A stretch of 61,022 nucleotides of DNA, the filler included, from Circinaria calcarea (taxonomy: Eukaryota), in the NCBI GenBank assembly GCA_051942165.1. It is 6 parts of 6 records of this genome, joined end to end, with 100 filler letters (N's around TTAATTAATTAA, not from the genome) between each part and the next. Parts side by side here need not be neighbours in the genome. Positions count along the whole stretch, not along the records: positions 30,597 to 40,684 come from JAVECS010000849.1; positions 40,785 to 50,860 come from JAVECS010000850.1; 4 more parts are not named here. One strand, written 5' to 3'. Below are positions 35,700 to 49,452 of this stretch, piece after piece. Position 1 is the stretch's first letter; each line of letters begins with the position of its first letter. The translations under genes and the position numbers were made by a program. The notes under the pieces were generated by a model. That model searched no databases. It had not been told where the DNA came from and saw nothing but the letters and a program-made list of their open reading frames with translations.

Positions 35700-37737
35700 T
35701 TGCTAACGCTAGCTAAAGCGCCAATCCTCAATACAACGAGAGCAACTGCTACCACTACCCTAGTTACTACATGCGTCGGAAGCTACAATATAGAGGTCCA
35801 GGCGTTCGTTTCATCTTGGCATAGCTCCGCCTATGAGCATGTGATTGCCACAAAGATCGTTTTTATCGAAGATGGCACAAACAACACAGGCACGTCGATC
35901 AGTCATTAGAGCTCAATTGGCTTCGCCGGTGCCGTTGTTAATATTAATGATACAGCCGTAACCACCTTAGCGACGGATGTTTGTGATATAAAATCATCTT
36001 ACCTGCTCACCGCAAGCCGGATCGTTCTTTTAAAAGTTTGTATACTTATTGGCTCATTGAGACTAGTGAAAGCACAAGACTTCCCCCACGCCGTTTTTCG
36101 ATTATGGTGGTGCATACGCAGTCTTCGGCGAAGTATACACAACATTCCGTCCTTCAGGATTTAGTGGCGACATTTGGGGGGTTTAGGTTTTTTTTGGTCA
36201 TGCTCGGAGGATGTTAGGTAGGCCCGAAATAACAGTGCACCCAGCCAATTGATACCTTGTCTACAAGGCCACCCCCGCCTGGCTTTACATAGCTCTATTA
36301 TACATCCACAACGGAGCTATGTTATGCTAGTGGAGCCCTTCTGGCCAATATACTGGCTCAAATTCTGCGCCAACAAGGTAGGCCTGCCACCTGGGCTCTA
36401 CGACATCTGGCTTAGAGTATCGGTGCCGGGCTACCGTGCATAACATTGTTCTTACTAGAAAAACCTAAACCCCCCAATTACGGGATGTATTAGTCACAAT
36501 AACTACAGTATTACCAGCTACAGATATCGTCCTGCTCACACTCCTATCCCAACAGACTTTTCTATATTGCATGCTCCAGTAATTACCCCGGAGATGCCAC
36601 GAGGTTTATCCGATCTACTAGCTCCCTATTACCCGGTCTTCAAACAATGTTCTAGCTACCATGATAGTCTACCACAAACACTAGTCACTATTAGCTATTT
36701 AATAGAAATAACTACAGTATACCATACACGGACATTATTCCCAACGCAAGCTGTTCCGATTCAGACTCTAACTCAGACATCTTTCTCTGATATATTTATT
36801 TATACTCTAGCAATCCCACAACTCCTTTCTCCTGCAGTCTCTATAGAGTCTGTTGCTCTCGTAAAGGTTATAACGCACCGAACGTCAGTGAAAGAATCTC
36901 TGGCAACGGAAATTACCGTTTTAATATTATTATTTTCCGAATCCTCAACAGTCCAAGCGTATACCTTACCAAGTAATGCCATCACAACTTCAATCTCATC
37001 TACGGTCTTCGCCCATACTAAGATATCCTCGCCTGAAACCCACCAAGCATCAACACAGCAGCCTGTCTCGTCTACATCTCTAACCATCCTCGTATATTGG
37101 TACCAGCTACTCTAGTCTTCCGAACTCTGCAATACTTATCAACACACAAACCATTTCAACCGGGTAGATCTCCCATCACAGTCTCCGATAGAGTCATATC
37201 ACTTGGTCCTGAAGTTACTCAACTCATTATTGGAGACAGTGGCGGAAGAAGCACTATATCCTCGCCTGCCAATCTACCACCTACTTTGATACCGACTCCT
37301 ACGCCTGCTGCCACTACCTCCTCATCGGCAGCACATCTATTCCCCTCCATCGCACCGAAGCCGAGGTCATCACAATCGGCACCCAAACCGTCACCGCGAA
37401 CAGCGCCTCGGATTTCGTTCTGGGTGGCCAGACCCTCGTACCTGGCGGTTCGGGTATCACGATCGATGGGACGCGAGTAAGTCTCGCGCCGGGAGCGACG
37501 CAGGTGATTGTGGGAAGCCGGACCGAGAATGTGGGAGGTGGAATTGGTGGGTTTATCTGGAGTGGGATTGGTGGGAGTGCTAGTATGCCTGCGCAGACGG
37601 GAACGGGAACGATGGAGGGAGCGGGTAACGGGACTTCGATTGTTGGGTTCACCGGGGACGCTACTATGATATACCAGCGGGTTAATGCGTGGAAGATAGT
37701 GTTTGGGGTTATTGTTACGATATGGTTGTTCATATAA
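35700..37737 (+). pseudogene. Ser/Thr-rich GPI-anchored cell-wall protein pseudogene
   Basis: Intact 3' end with GQTLVPGG..ITIDGTRVSL repeat and GPI-like hydrophobic tail; in-frame TAG at 35907, MITE insertion, frame changes near 37100 and 37300. Confidence 0.7.
36175..36476. mobile_element. 302-bp MITE with ATT target-site duplication
   Basis: TIR TGGGGGGTTTAGGTTTTT / AAAAACCTAAACCCCCCA; ATT at 36172-36174 and 36477-36479; removing it restores the host reading frame. Confidence 0.85.
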
Positions 37738-38099
37738 AGAAAAAAAAAGGACATGGAATATTCGGGATAAAAAGGGGTTTAGGGCTTAATAATAAGGGGC
37801 ATATATAGACCTTGAGTTATTATTCTAGTTATCGGCGAATCACTGCCGTACCCCCCCGAACATACCATTCCTTACTCCCCCGTACTCTTGAGGTTTAAAT
37901 AAACCATTTCCCCATGTGAGACCTTGACAGTATATTCCCATTTCTTTCCAGTCCCAGTAGGATTGCCCCGTTCTTGCCTCGGCCCCCCCTACTGGTGCCT
38001 TTATTTATAAAAAGTCCGGGTTTTCGACATGTTCTCGCCAAAGACTCAGGGCTAGTATGTCAAAGAGTTCTAGCGTATTTGCCCCTTTTTCGCGTCTGC

Positions 38100-39412
38100 T
38101 CAAACGTCCCCAAACCATCTATGCGCCAATGCCTCGTGCGCCGTGAGCCTCTTGGCCGGATCAAAGTTCGTCAAACCACTAATAAGATCTTTGAAATCCG
38201 AGTCAACGTCCTTCCACAGAGAGAACGGCGTACGCGGGTTCGTCTCGTTGAAGTCATCCAGAAGAATTCCGAAGACCTCGCACCAAGGACTATCGCCAAG
38301 ATGTTTTAGGAGCCCATTCAATCCGTCTTCTTCTGCAAAGTAAGAGATCTGGCGCTCGAGGACATGGGATAATCGGTCCTCGCCTTCGGCCAGCTCCTCG
38401 TCGCCGACGGCAAAGATCACTCGCTGAAACACGGCGTAGATGCACTATACGGCCAAGGACTGGTGAACAACCACTAAGGCTCGCGCAATTATAGAGGGCT
38501 GGGCGACTTACAACGACACCGAAAGAGAAAATATCAGAGGGCTTATTGACGCGCCCCTGCGCATGCGCTTCCGGACTGCGCCACATCCAGTTGCCCGCCT
38601 GTATGCCAGTAATATTACTTCCGGGAGGTACATATGCAGCGTCTTCGACATCGGCGAGCTGGACCTGCTTGATAACCATTCCGTGCTGGTCCTCCTCCCA
38701 CTCGATCAAGATATTGTTTGGCTTGACATCTGCAAAGTATCAGCCACGGGCCACGGGCCCCACGCAGAAAAGATCCCTAGTTACCGGCGTGGACAATGTT
38801 CTGATCATGCAGCGCCTCAAGTCCGCGCAGTGTGTCTTTGAGGATTCGCTTCGTAAGCGCGATCGGCAAGTCATTTTGGGCCAGGCTCAGGAGATGGTCG
38901 GTGAAGTAATTGTAGACAAACATCGACTGCTCCGGGACCGTATCTTGCAATAGGCGGAGGTACGGACAGCTCCGCAGGCTGTGGTACATATCCTGATAGT
39001 ACTCGAAATCAGACTGGGAGACATCCTTCAATATAAACTTTTGGTTTCCTGCGCTGGGTCAGCGGAAGTTAGCAAGTTAGATAGTGTTGGCAATTGAGTT
39101 TAGAAGCACGTACTTGGCAAGATATACGCGGTGGGGCGGAATTACTTTCTCTTGGAGGACTCGCTCGATGAGGTAACGACGGCCGGATTTGCCGACTAGC
39201 TCCCCGGCTTTAGACACCATCTTCTGTCTTTCATGCTGGGCCTGGTCTGCTGGTGATTGTGGCTTTGTGCTAGTATGGCGGCGAAGTCGGACGCTGGCAG
39301 GGAAGGTGGCGGAAAAAGGCGCTGATATACTAAAAATTGGGAGTCGAGTCACGCCCAAGCATCTTCTACAAGAGCGAAGGGTTAGAAACGAGAAGGAGCA
39401 TGGTAGAAACAT
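38100..39412 (-). CDS. Atypical fungal protein kinase (start at 39412 or 39220)
   Basis: Four exons: FILK, IVHADVKPNNIL, LADVEDA, WRSPE, SDIFSFG, DPAKRLTAHEALAHRWF. Confidence 0.85.
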
Positions 39413-40257
39413 GAAAATAGCAAGAATCCTTAATGGGACCGAATGCGTCGCATGCAAGCAGAGCCGTAGAAAGTAGTTAGAAAAGAATTTACAATAAGAC
39501 CGAAATAGCTCTGGCCAGAGGAACCAAGAAGGGGGGAAGAAACCACCAGACCATTCGAAGTAGCGCTGTTAGATAAGATTTGAACCCAATTCTAGTGATA
39601 TCCATCCCCTCCATGCTTTGTTTGCGCGACGCGCTTTCACTATGCATATTCGTACCGTAGCCATAGTACATGCCTTAGGTTCGTAACAATAGCCATGGGA
39701 CTAGACCACTAGTATGAACATTACTAATTGCTATTAGGAAATTGGTTTGAAGTATCGTCTGGCGTTGTTAATTTGCTTTCGAGAAATCTCTCTGAATACC
39801 TCTGTAGTTTTTGAGGTCCAGCTGTTTTGAGCAAGCTACTTTAGCTCAGGATTAGGCTGGCATTACTGTATAGTAGCTTGTTTCTCTTTCGTGATGTATC
39901 AACCTTTCGAAAAGGAGCCTTTGTGATAGAGCGTACAGCTTTAACAGTACTTTACGAGATAATATCTAGAAGGCAACTAATTAAGGAATACGGGCATAAT
40001 AGTCTATTCTATTATAATACGTTGGTTTGCCTCTCCCTGTTGCACTCCCATGGCTCGCCTTTGGGCGCTATCTAATGCACGTTGTGCTGTCGTTCTGGCT
40101 TCTCAGATTCAACGCGTGGTGATCTGGGGTGGGAGGTGTTCTCTGAGAATCAACATCCAAACCGAACTCGCCGCCGAGATACTGTAAATCGGTGGTAGTC
40201 GGTCGCCATTGATATTACAAAGGATGTAACGACTCGAAGCTTTTATGTTCTTCACCT

Positions 40258-40684
40258 TTATAATATGACTATCCACTTACCCGGCAGACCAGCAGCTTCA
40301 TTAACAGCGCAATCTTCGCAGCAGTCTTTCCCACGCAACATGGTATGCCGACTCGATGGCCCGGAAGTTTCAACAGTGAGCCAACGAGCTCTGGAGTCCC
40401 CTTTTGTAAGGGAAACACAAATTCGATCAGAGTAAACATCATTGGCCTGGTCCCATTGCAACCCTGTGACCAAGGTAATACCCGATGCTGGCTTGTACTT
40501 TCTGTTTTCGTCCGAGCCGTGTTCACAACAGGAAGCAAATGTTACCCCCCACAAGCCCTTGTGAAAGTTCCGATACGATCGGTATCTCTCAAAAGTTTGT
40601 GATATCGGCAACGAACACAAACGAGCTTTGAAGGTAACCATTAATTGGAAATCGTCCCTCCGGCTACCATAGTACTCCAGACGC
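40258..40684 (-). CDS. C-terminus of a hypothetical protein with a Cys motif (truncated by contig end)
   Basis: Open frame from the contig edge ending ARWL...MLRGKDCCEDCA...WIVIL*. Confidence 0.55.
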
Positions 40685-40784
40685 NNNNNNNNNNNNNNNN
40701 NNNNNNNNNNNNNNNNNNNNNNNNNNNNTTAATTAATTAANNNNNNNNNNNNNNNNNNNNNNNNNNNNNNNNNNNNNNNNNNNN
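40685..40784. other. Artificial contig linker
   Basis: N44-TTAATTAATTAA-N44. Confidence 0.99.
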
Positions 40785-41600
40785 CCTCTCCGATCTCGCC
40801 CAATTGACTATCCGTGTATATGAAGAATCACACAATTGGTCCATTCAGACCTTACCAACAGCCGCTCGCCTGACGCTCCCACGTTCGCTGTTTAGAGAAA
40901 TCCAAGACCACGATAGGTCAATGGAGATTGCTGATCGAATCTATCTTCCCGATGTCGATGAAATCCGCGAAGGCGTGGAAGGTCTAGTCAGACGCTTGAA
41001 AAGCAATGCCTCTGGATTATCACGAAAACGCCGTAGTGAAGGTCTCGGCGGAGATGACGGCGGAGTGAGTAAGAAAGTGAAGAAATCTCTACCCGTTCGA
41101 GGGTCCAAACCGAAACCTCCCAAAGCCTCCAAGTCCATTTCTAAATCCAAGAAAAATCATACCACTTCCACAAAGAAAACCCCCACCTGGGACTCCAACG
41201 CCGAAGACGAAGACGAGGATGATTCCGCTCCCTCCTCCAGCGAAAACGACGACAACCCCACCCACTCCCATTCTCACTCAAGGAACGCGCCTGGTTCTAC
41301 AATCTCACCCAATACATCTAGGAGAAGGAGCGCTCGCGCATCCGGCGTGAGTTACCGGGAGAGGAAGGATGAGGAGGACGATGAGGAGATGGAGGAGCTT
41401 AACGGGAATGATAATATGGATGAGGAGGATAAATTGAACGAGGAGGTTGGTGGGGAAGAGGGTGGTGAAAAAGAGATGGATGAAGAGCCATCACCTGGCC
41501 CCGCGTCAGCCAAAATCCATTCCAAATTCAAACCCTCGCCCAAATCCAAAGTCCCAAAGACCAGTCCCCCAAAGGCCAAAGCTACATCTACACCCAAACC

Positions 41601-41633
<33 letters not shown>

Positions 41634-41859
41634 ACCCAAAGTCCCCAAGACGAATGTTTCAACCGGGAACGAGGCTGGGAGGAGAAGGAGTACTCGGTCG
41701 AAGACCTTGGCTACGCCGGTGAAGCAGGATGTGCAAGAGAAAGAGGAAAACGAGGAACAGCAAGAGAAAGAGAAAGAGGGAGAAGGATCAGAACCAGGAT
41801 CCGGATCCGGATCCGAGTCCGAGCTGTCGGATGTTTCGGGCTCAGAAGGCTCGGAGTAG
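40785..41859 (+). CDS. PDS5: Sister-chromatid cohesion protein Pds5/BimD, 3' end
   Basis: LSDLAQLTIR..HNWSIQTLP..LPRSLF..IADRIYLP, followed by a Lys/Pro/acidic disordered tail. Confidence 0.78.
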
Positions 41860-42157
41860 GAACGTGTAGGTTACGATACAAGCGGGCATAGGATAGTTGA
41901 TGTCTTTCCGTGATTACTCTTCGGATAGGGATTACAATTACCATTAGGATAGTCACAGTCATAGTCATAGTTGCCAGTGATAATGCTACCAGCTTTTTTT
42001 TTGCTTGGAAATCACCTCCCTCCCCGGGCTCTTCACAGTACAGTACACAGTACGATATAATATGACCCGATCTCCCTATTTCCATCGTTCTCTAGCTGTT
42101 AATCCTTATTTTCCAACAGAGATCACTATGCCATGTCAGTCCATCTCTCCCTGCTCC

Positions 42158-42460
42158 TTTTCCTCTCTTCTCTTCTCTTCTCTTCTCTTCTCTTCTCTCT
42201 TTTCCTCTCTTCTCTTTTCCTCTCTTCTCTTGTCCGTCCATCCATCCATCCCTCTGTAATACAATACAATACAATACAATACAATATAGAATCCCGAACC
42301 CCCCCTGTCTGAAACGAACACGAAGGTTTTAGGGAAGGGTTTGGGGAAGGGTTTGTGGAAGGTAGTAATGTAAGGTAAGGTAACGGAAGAGTAGGGTACG
42401 TAGGTGTAGATATCCACTGCATCCTATCCCATCCTATCCTATCCCAATCTATCCTATCCC
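42158..42460. repeat. Compound microsatellite tract
   Basis: (TCTTC)n, (TCCA)n, (ATACA)n and (ATCCT/ATCCC)n between convergent gene ends. Confidence 0.9.
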
Positions 42461-43149
42461 CGGCCGGGGCGTTTTTGCCATTTGCAATCTCTGTCCCTTC
42501 CTTTCCTTTCCTTTCCTTCGCAACCTTGCCCAAAAATCAAAAACCCCTCCCCAGAAACCCCCTTCCTTCCCCATGACAACGGCAAACTCATGACAACGGC
42601 AAACGACACGTCCCCTCCAATTTCCAATTACCGTGTAGATACCACTAGATACCACTAGATAGCTTTCACTTACTCTTTCAGATTACTTCACTGACTAAAT
42701 TCTCTCTTCACATCACAACACATCGACTACGATTACAATGGTAGGTAGTTCTACCGGAAATACGAGAAACTGACATATCACATATATGGCACACAATCTC
42801 ACTTTTCCATTTACAAAAAAAGGAAAATGTTCCTTTCCTTTCATTTCCATTTTTCTTAATTTATTTTTTTTATTTATCAAAGCCAACTAAAGAAAGCAAA
42901 CAAGCTACGTACGCGTACGAAAATGAGGCCGAATATGCACTCGGCGAGCCGCCGGCAGAGCACACGAAGCAACGTGGGAAGCCCCCTGAAAGGGGAACCC
43001 CTCAAGCGAAGCTGCAGAGGATTGCCCACAAAGGGCGAACAAGGGGGCTGCAAAAAAAGAAGCCATTTCCAGCCATATCGGCTGGACGCTCGCCAACGAC
43101 GCAAAAAGGCACCAAGCCAGAGGACGACGACAAACGGCAAGCCACAGCT

Positions 43150-46100
43150 TTAAAGCTGGGCGAGGCGCTGCTTAGCCAAGTCCAAGAATCGGAGAAGGGC
43201 GGCCTTCTCGTTCGCAGGACCGAGGTCCTGGAAATCCGACGCCGGTGGCGTCGGTGGGATGGACGATCCGGCGTTTGGCAACGCCAAGACCTCTGCTGGT
43301 GCTTCGGCCTGTTTTTCGCAGTCAGTAAGTATATGGGGGCATACGGCATTATATAGTGGAAGAAGCTGCCCTGAAGGGGGGGCGGGAGATACTTACAATC
43401 AGCGTGCCGATCAAGTTCTCGACCTGATTCGAGTCGAGACCGCTATCCGGATTGGTCTGGGCGAGCGCCGCCAGGTGATAGGCGGCTTGACGTTCGGCGA
43501 GGGGGCGCTTGGCAAAGGCTTCCTTCTGGACTCTGGCGGCGGCGACCAGACGCATCTTTCGCTCCTCGCGGGCTCGAACAGTCATTTGCCGTTGGAGGGC
43601 GGCCTCATAGTGGGACCTATCAAAGCAAACAAGTATCAGCGGAGTGAATGACATGCTGAGAGGAGAAGTGAGACATACTTCTTGATCCGATCGATAAAGT
43701 CTAGCTTCAGACCTTTCTCCGGTACGCGATAAGTGACACCAAACTCCTCCTTCTCGACCTCTTCTTCATCATCGGTAGGTTCGTTTTCAATCTCAATGTT
43801 ACCATTGTTCACAAAGCCACGACGGAGAGCGGTGTCGACAATCCTAGTATTCTTGGGCCGACGGACTTTATGGGTACGTCCACAGCCAGCCTTGGATGCG
43901 GATCGGGCAGAGGCCAAGGCGAGTAACTCCGAGTCAACGTGGTTGGGACACATCCAGCTCAACTTGGACCTATACGAGTCGCCTCTGGCAGGAGGGTTGG
44001 CGAGAGGTGGGTCGAGACAGTCCAGATGCCATCGTAGGCTGCAAAAATCGCAAGCGATAATCTCACGGTGACCCAACGACGATTTGCCGCATTGGAAACA
44101 GAGGACGGGATTACCTTTGCCATCTTTGAGTTTGAAGTTGTCCGGTGCCTCGTCGTATCCAGCGCGGGTTCTGGCTCCGAGTCAGCAACCGTCAAAGTGG
44201 GACACGTGTACTGCAGGAATGGCAGCCTTACCGAGACTTCTGTGTGCTGGCCTCCTCATACTCGCCCTCCTCACCAGTCTTGACGCCTTCAAAGTAATCT
44301 CGAATCTCCAAGGGCAAGTTGAAGGCCGTCGGGTTCTTCTTCTCGAGCACACCGAGCAAATCGGAGAACAGACCTCTTGGCGGCTTAGGCTGCGGGTCGC
44401 GTTTCGACTCGCAGATGTAACAATACCATTCGCCTTCGGGCGGTTGAAGCGGGTTCATTGGCGGATCCAGACAGGTGAAGTGGAAGGAACGAGTGCATCC
44501 ATCACAGCAGAGAAGTTGACCGTTGCCACTGCAGGCGGTACAATAATCCACGTTGTCATTCTGGACAACGATATTAGCCATCAAGCCATGCCGCATGAAA
44601 ACAACCAGATGATCGTATTAAAAGACGCAAACGGAAAGAAATATTATCCAACAATCATCGCCGAACCAGAAGGCGTTGATGATAGCAAAGGCCAAAAAGA
44701 TGGGCGATGGGGATGGCGGTGGTCGGGAGATTACGTGGGGAAAAAGGGAAAACAGGCGAGGCTGGAAAATTTAGAGTGGAGAGTAGCAGAGGGAAAAATT
44801 TTGGGTAGGAATTTCGGGTTTTGGGGGTCTTACATCGCCATTCTCATCAAAGTGCCCATACCCGACCGGACTGTCTCTACCGCCACCATTACGTGCAATG
44901 CCTGCAATCACTCCCGATCTCTTCTTCATCGGCCTGGGTAAATCACACAAGTGGTCAGCATGGCGATTGTCAATGAACCTGAAACACTCAAACAGCTTTA
45001 ACGTGCGGGCGCAATAAGCACCGACAATAGGAATGTCAATAAGGCCAACAATAATCATGTTGAGGCAGATGAAAATGATACCGAGCACCATTTGGCCCAT
45101 TTGGCAAATGCGTGTCGGAGAAAGCGGCTTGAGCACGATGCGAGAGATGCGAGAAAGGAAACAGAGTAGAAGACTTACGACATCTTGACGCGAGCAGCTC
45201 GGCGCGTAGGTTTAGCTGTACGTCCCAGGTGATTCGGGGTAGCTCCACGAGAGACTCGCTGCGCACCTGGAGGCGGAGGCACCAGAAACTCGCCGTGGGT
45301 AGAGGAAGCCGGCGAACGAAGGTTCTCGTAATCGCCAGCAGCGTTGGAACGACTGTCACCGTTGCGCAACTTCGAGTGCTGTTTCAAATTAGAGAGCGAA
45401 GTGGGAGCCACAAGAATCGGTGGAGGAATTGGCGCTGGGGCTCTCGGCGTTGTGATGCCACGGATGTTGCTGTCCTGGACTTTGTAATCGTCGAATGTCT
45501 GCTGAAATTTACGTCGTTTGGCAGCTTGGTCCATGGTATCGTCCACAGCGGCAGAAGTAGGAACGAAAGGTCTCTTGGTGGTAGCATGACCGGTATACTT
45601 GACAGTAGAAAACGTATGGAGCTTAGGACCGGTAGACACCGGACCTTTGGAGGTGCTAGTGGACTTGTCGAGTGGCTGGTTCTGCGTTGTACCGGCTTCT
45701 TCCAATTCCATGGCTGGATCGTTGGAGTCAAGTGATGACAGTGATGAGGTGCTTGAGATGCTCTTGGTACGTTTCATACGCTTTGCAGGTGGTTCCTGGC
45801 TTGTTCCACCGGAGTCCATGATTTGTTCTCGTGGTTGATGTTGGTGAGTAGGAGGAGGTTGGGTAGGTGTGCGATTGTGATGAGAGCGAGGCTGGTCTTT
45901 GGAACTGCCACTTTGGTCTGTACCGGCCGGCCGAACACTTTTCGAAGGCGACTTTGAATGTGATTTTGTTGATGAATCAACAATAGGAGTGACTACCGTA
46001 GATGATCTGGATTCATGCTTGATTTGCTTTCTTGCAACCTTGATGTAGGCTTGAAAATCAGCTGCCTGGCGTGGTGTTGGTCGCTGTGAGAGAACGGCTT

Positions 46101-46776
46101 CGAGAAGCTCAGCCAGGGTACGGTTCTGCAAGCTTTCTTCAAATAGCTTTCGAATAGAGAGGCCCAGGATCTCATTTCCGAGTTCGCGAGATCTCTCAAC
46201 TGCCGATTCCACCACTTGTCGAAGTCTGTCTTGGGCAGGGTTTGGGCGAGGTGTAGGGGTTCTCGGAACAGAAGAGCGCAGCGGCAGAGATTTGGCAGCT
46301 GGCTTGCTTGCAGCGGATTTCGTAGTAGCGTTGGGCGTGTAGTCGTCGTCATCATCATCTTCCTCGAGTGATGTCCCTATCTTTGTAGGACGAGTTTCAA
46401 CCTTGCTGGATTCCGACCGGCTTCTGTGGGGAAGCGGTTCGTCCACCAATTCTTTGTCGGTCGCAGCGCTCTCCGCACCCTTTGGCTGGAACGAACGTCG
46501 ACCGGACTCGGGTTGCTTCACTCTCAATTTGACTCGTTGGTTTGGCAATGAACCAAGAGGTGCCATATGCTCCAGGACCCCATGCCTCTCGAGCCCTTTA
46601 TGGTCTTCGAAGCTCGGTGCAGGGGCTCTCAATGGCGGTTCAGTCCACGCATCTGCCGCAGGCACTTTCTCTTTCTGTGCGTCTGTCGTAGCCGGGGGAT
46701 TTGTGGAATCTTTCAAAGTAGCCTCCGCAGGGCTTGTCATGCGGGATGCCCTCCGCAGTGACCTTGACGAGGCCAT
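43150..46776 (-). CDS. Double PHD-finger protein, Rpd3S subunit Rco1/Cph1-like
   Basis: Exons 46776-45179, 44933-44834, 44560-44232, 44170-43679, 43616-43397, 43308-43150; PHD1 NVDYCTAC..LLCCDGC..FHFTCLDPP..WYCYIC; NPTAFNLP; PHD2 CFQC..CDFC..WHLDC..WMCPNH. Confidence 0.85.
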
Positions 46777-47591
46777 GGGGATTTCGACGGGCCAAGGAGC
46801 CACCAACTGGACCCGATTAGCTCAGTAAAATCACATACTCCACGGCCTGATTAGCATTATCGCTCACCGACACGGTTCTCTGCCTTGATCGCTATTGCGC
46901 GACCGACATATCACGACTCTCGTCGCGTGGGGAATGAGGTTGGTTTTGCTGGGGATGCTCAGGGCCGAAGCGAGAAACTCCGCCAGGGGTGGGTCAGATT
47001 TACCTTTCGGCTTAGACAATGTGGCAGATGTGTTACTCCACAGCTAACGTAAATGTGACTCGACGCCTTTTAGATGATTGGGGGCCTATAATTGATGATT
47101 CTAATTGTCCACTTGTCCGATGTCTGGCTTCAAATCGAGTGTGCTTTAGGGGGCGCAATAGATGACCTCCTTTCCAAGGAAGTCACGACGCAGCTGGAGA
47201 GAAAAAGGGGTAGAGAGAACGAACAGAGAATCTGGGACGGATGAAGAGTAGAAAGAAGACGACGACGGCATTCACTTCATCCAGTCACAAACTTGAATCA
47301 TGCGGAGTGTGAATCGAGAGACAGAGAATTTTGTGGCATTAGAATAGGCGATAGGGCTCTCCGTCCCGCCCTTGCTAGTACATGGAACTGGTGTCTGTAG
47401 GCGAGGAGTGGAAAGACTAGGGTAAGGTAGACATTCATCATTTCGCCTCTTTCAGTCATCCCTCGCCAACACATTCCACGCCACCTGATCATTCTCGAGT
47501 CCCTCCAGAAATCCCGCCTCAAGAATGCGGATACGCTTTTGTTCAGATGGTCAACGACTCGACCGGTCGTCCCAACACCCTCATCGAACCC

Positions 47592-49155
47592 TCAGTCCTC
47601 ATCCTCGCTTGACTCCTCATCCTCGTCCTCCTCGACTGCCTTCTTGGTGGGCTTCTTCTTCTTTTTCTTGTTCTTGCTCTTTGCTCCGGTCGATTTGGCC
47701 ACCGGCTGTTCGAGGACCTTCAGGACTTCTTCGTCCGTGATTTTCTTGTCCGTCTTGTACTTTGACAGGTCAGGCGCTGGAGGGGCGCACAGTCTGACAA
47801 GACCATTTTTCGTAATGGCTATTGACAGTCAATCTCCGTACCTTTACCCCTGAAACCCGTTCGTCAAGCATTGCTTACCAACCGTACTGAACAATCTCGA
47901 GACAGGCTCTCCGTCCTTATCCGCAATCACTTCGTATTGTCTCACGACGTTGGAGCGGACGCATTCGACTACACCGACCTTGGCAGCCTTTTCATCATCA
48001 AGTTGCCGTAGACTAAAGGGAAAGGTACCGAATTTCTTGACGATTTCAGATAGAATAGCCCTTGAACTGGGTCTCTTAAGTCCATAGGTTATTGTCGTCC
48101 TTCGATGCAACGTCGGTCGATTCTCCAACGTCTTCACTTTTCCAGATCCCAGGCTAACGCCCATCTCCACTCCCCATACTTCTCCAACCTCTGGGACTCC
48201 TTCCCCTTTACTGCCCTCTGTTGGTGCGAGTACAATTTTCTTCTTACCTTCGATTTCATTCCTATCAAAGAGCCACGATGTCGTACTCTCTACAAGGTTG
48301 CAGTCATAGCTCTTCACGACTTTCTCCAGGAGAAGTGTCATCCTGGACTGAGTAATTGGCTTTTCAGACGCAGCTTTTTTCTTCTCTTCTTCTGAGCCAG
48401 ACGCAAGCAATCCATGGGGTATCATCAATCTCAAGAGCAACTCATTGGCATAGTAAGTAGCAAGGAGTAAATCAGCCTCACGCCCAGAAACCTGTCCGCC
48501 TTCGCTTTTCTCGGACGGTATGACTATAGTATCACAGACGATAGTACCGAAACCATCAATCTGAGCACCCAATTGGATCTTCACCACCTCGCCCGGCTTG
48601 AGGACCGTTGCTGCATCCGCCGGGTCCGACACTAAAGGGGTATAGGGGGTAACAAAGGAGCTGGGGGAGACAGTCGTAGGGTGGGATATGCCTGAAACTA
48701 ACTGAGCATATTGAAGTCTGAAACACTTTTTTCTTTTCGTTTTCTTTATCTGGGGCGGTCTCACCCTTGGAGATTTTCTTCCCTTTGTACACTTTACCAA
48801 CTTCCTCGCCCAACAGCTTGTCACCCCTTTCACAGATTGACAAAATTTTCTCTCCTTCCACGCACCATCCTAACCGAGGATCAGCTTAAGCAGAATCCCA
48901 CCGAAGGGCCATATGTATACCCGTGACAGTTTCCAGGACTTTGCTAGAGATCCGAGAAGCGGTATTGTACTTGGTGAGCGTATCAGGATTATTCAACGTA
49001 TAATCTGGGATGATTGTCAGCGCATAAAAGGCTGTGGTCCTCCTGTAGCTCAAGTCCAAAGCAACAATACAAACAACCAAAACCCAAGACAACTTGAACA
49101 TTGCGCATAAATCACCGACAACTTATCACTCACCTGTTTCTGCTGCGTCTGCCAT
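47592..49155 (-). CDS. cdb4: Curved DNA-binding protein Cdb4 / PA2G4(Ebp1), MetAP fold
   Basis: DYTLNNPDTLTKY, KGISHPTTVSP, KIQLGAQIDGFG, YGLKRPSSR, FPFSLRQL, Lys-rich and acidic tail. Confidence 0.88.
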
Positions 49156-49452
49156 GGCTACAACGTGCTAGACGGTTTGGCGGGTTCAGCCTGAATTGTT
49201 TGGTACGCAGCGGTTGTCAGACGAGGTTCAGACTTTGGTAGTGGTGAATGCTTAGAGAGGGGCAGTTGGTGGGGGTCTCGGCTATCCACAGGGCGTAGGG
49301 CGTAGGGCGTAGCGTTCCCCCTGGTTATGCCCTGTTGATCACTCGCTCTTCATCCAAAATGTGTCACTGCTTCATTTGCATTCCAGGCCCTTCTCCTACT
49401 GACATTCTGAAGTGACGGATTGTATAAGAAGAAGAAGAAGCTGACTACAGTT

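Noticed and set aside
49290..49312. (AGGGCGT)x3 in the cdb4/EEP divergent promoter
   Set aside because: Short simple repeat with no assignable function.
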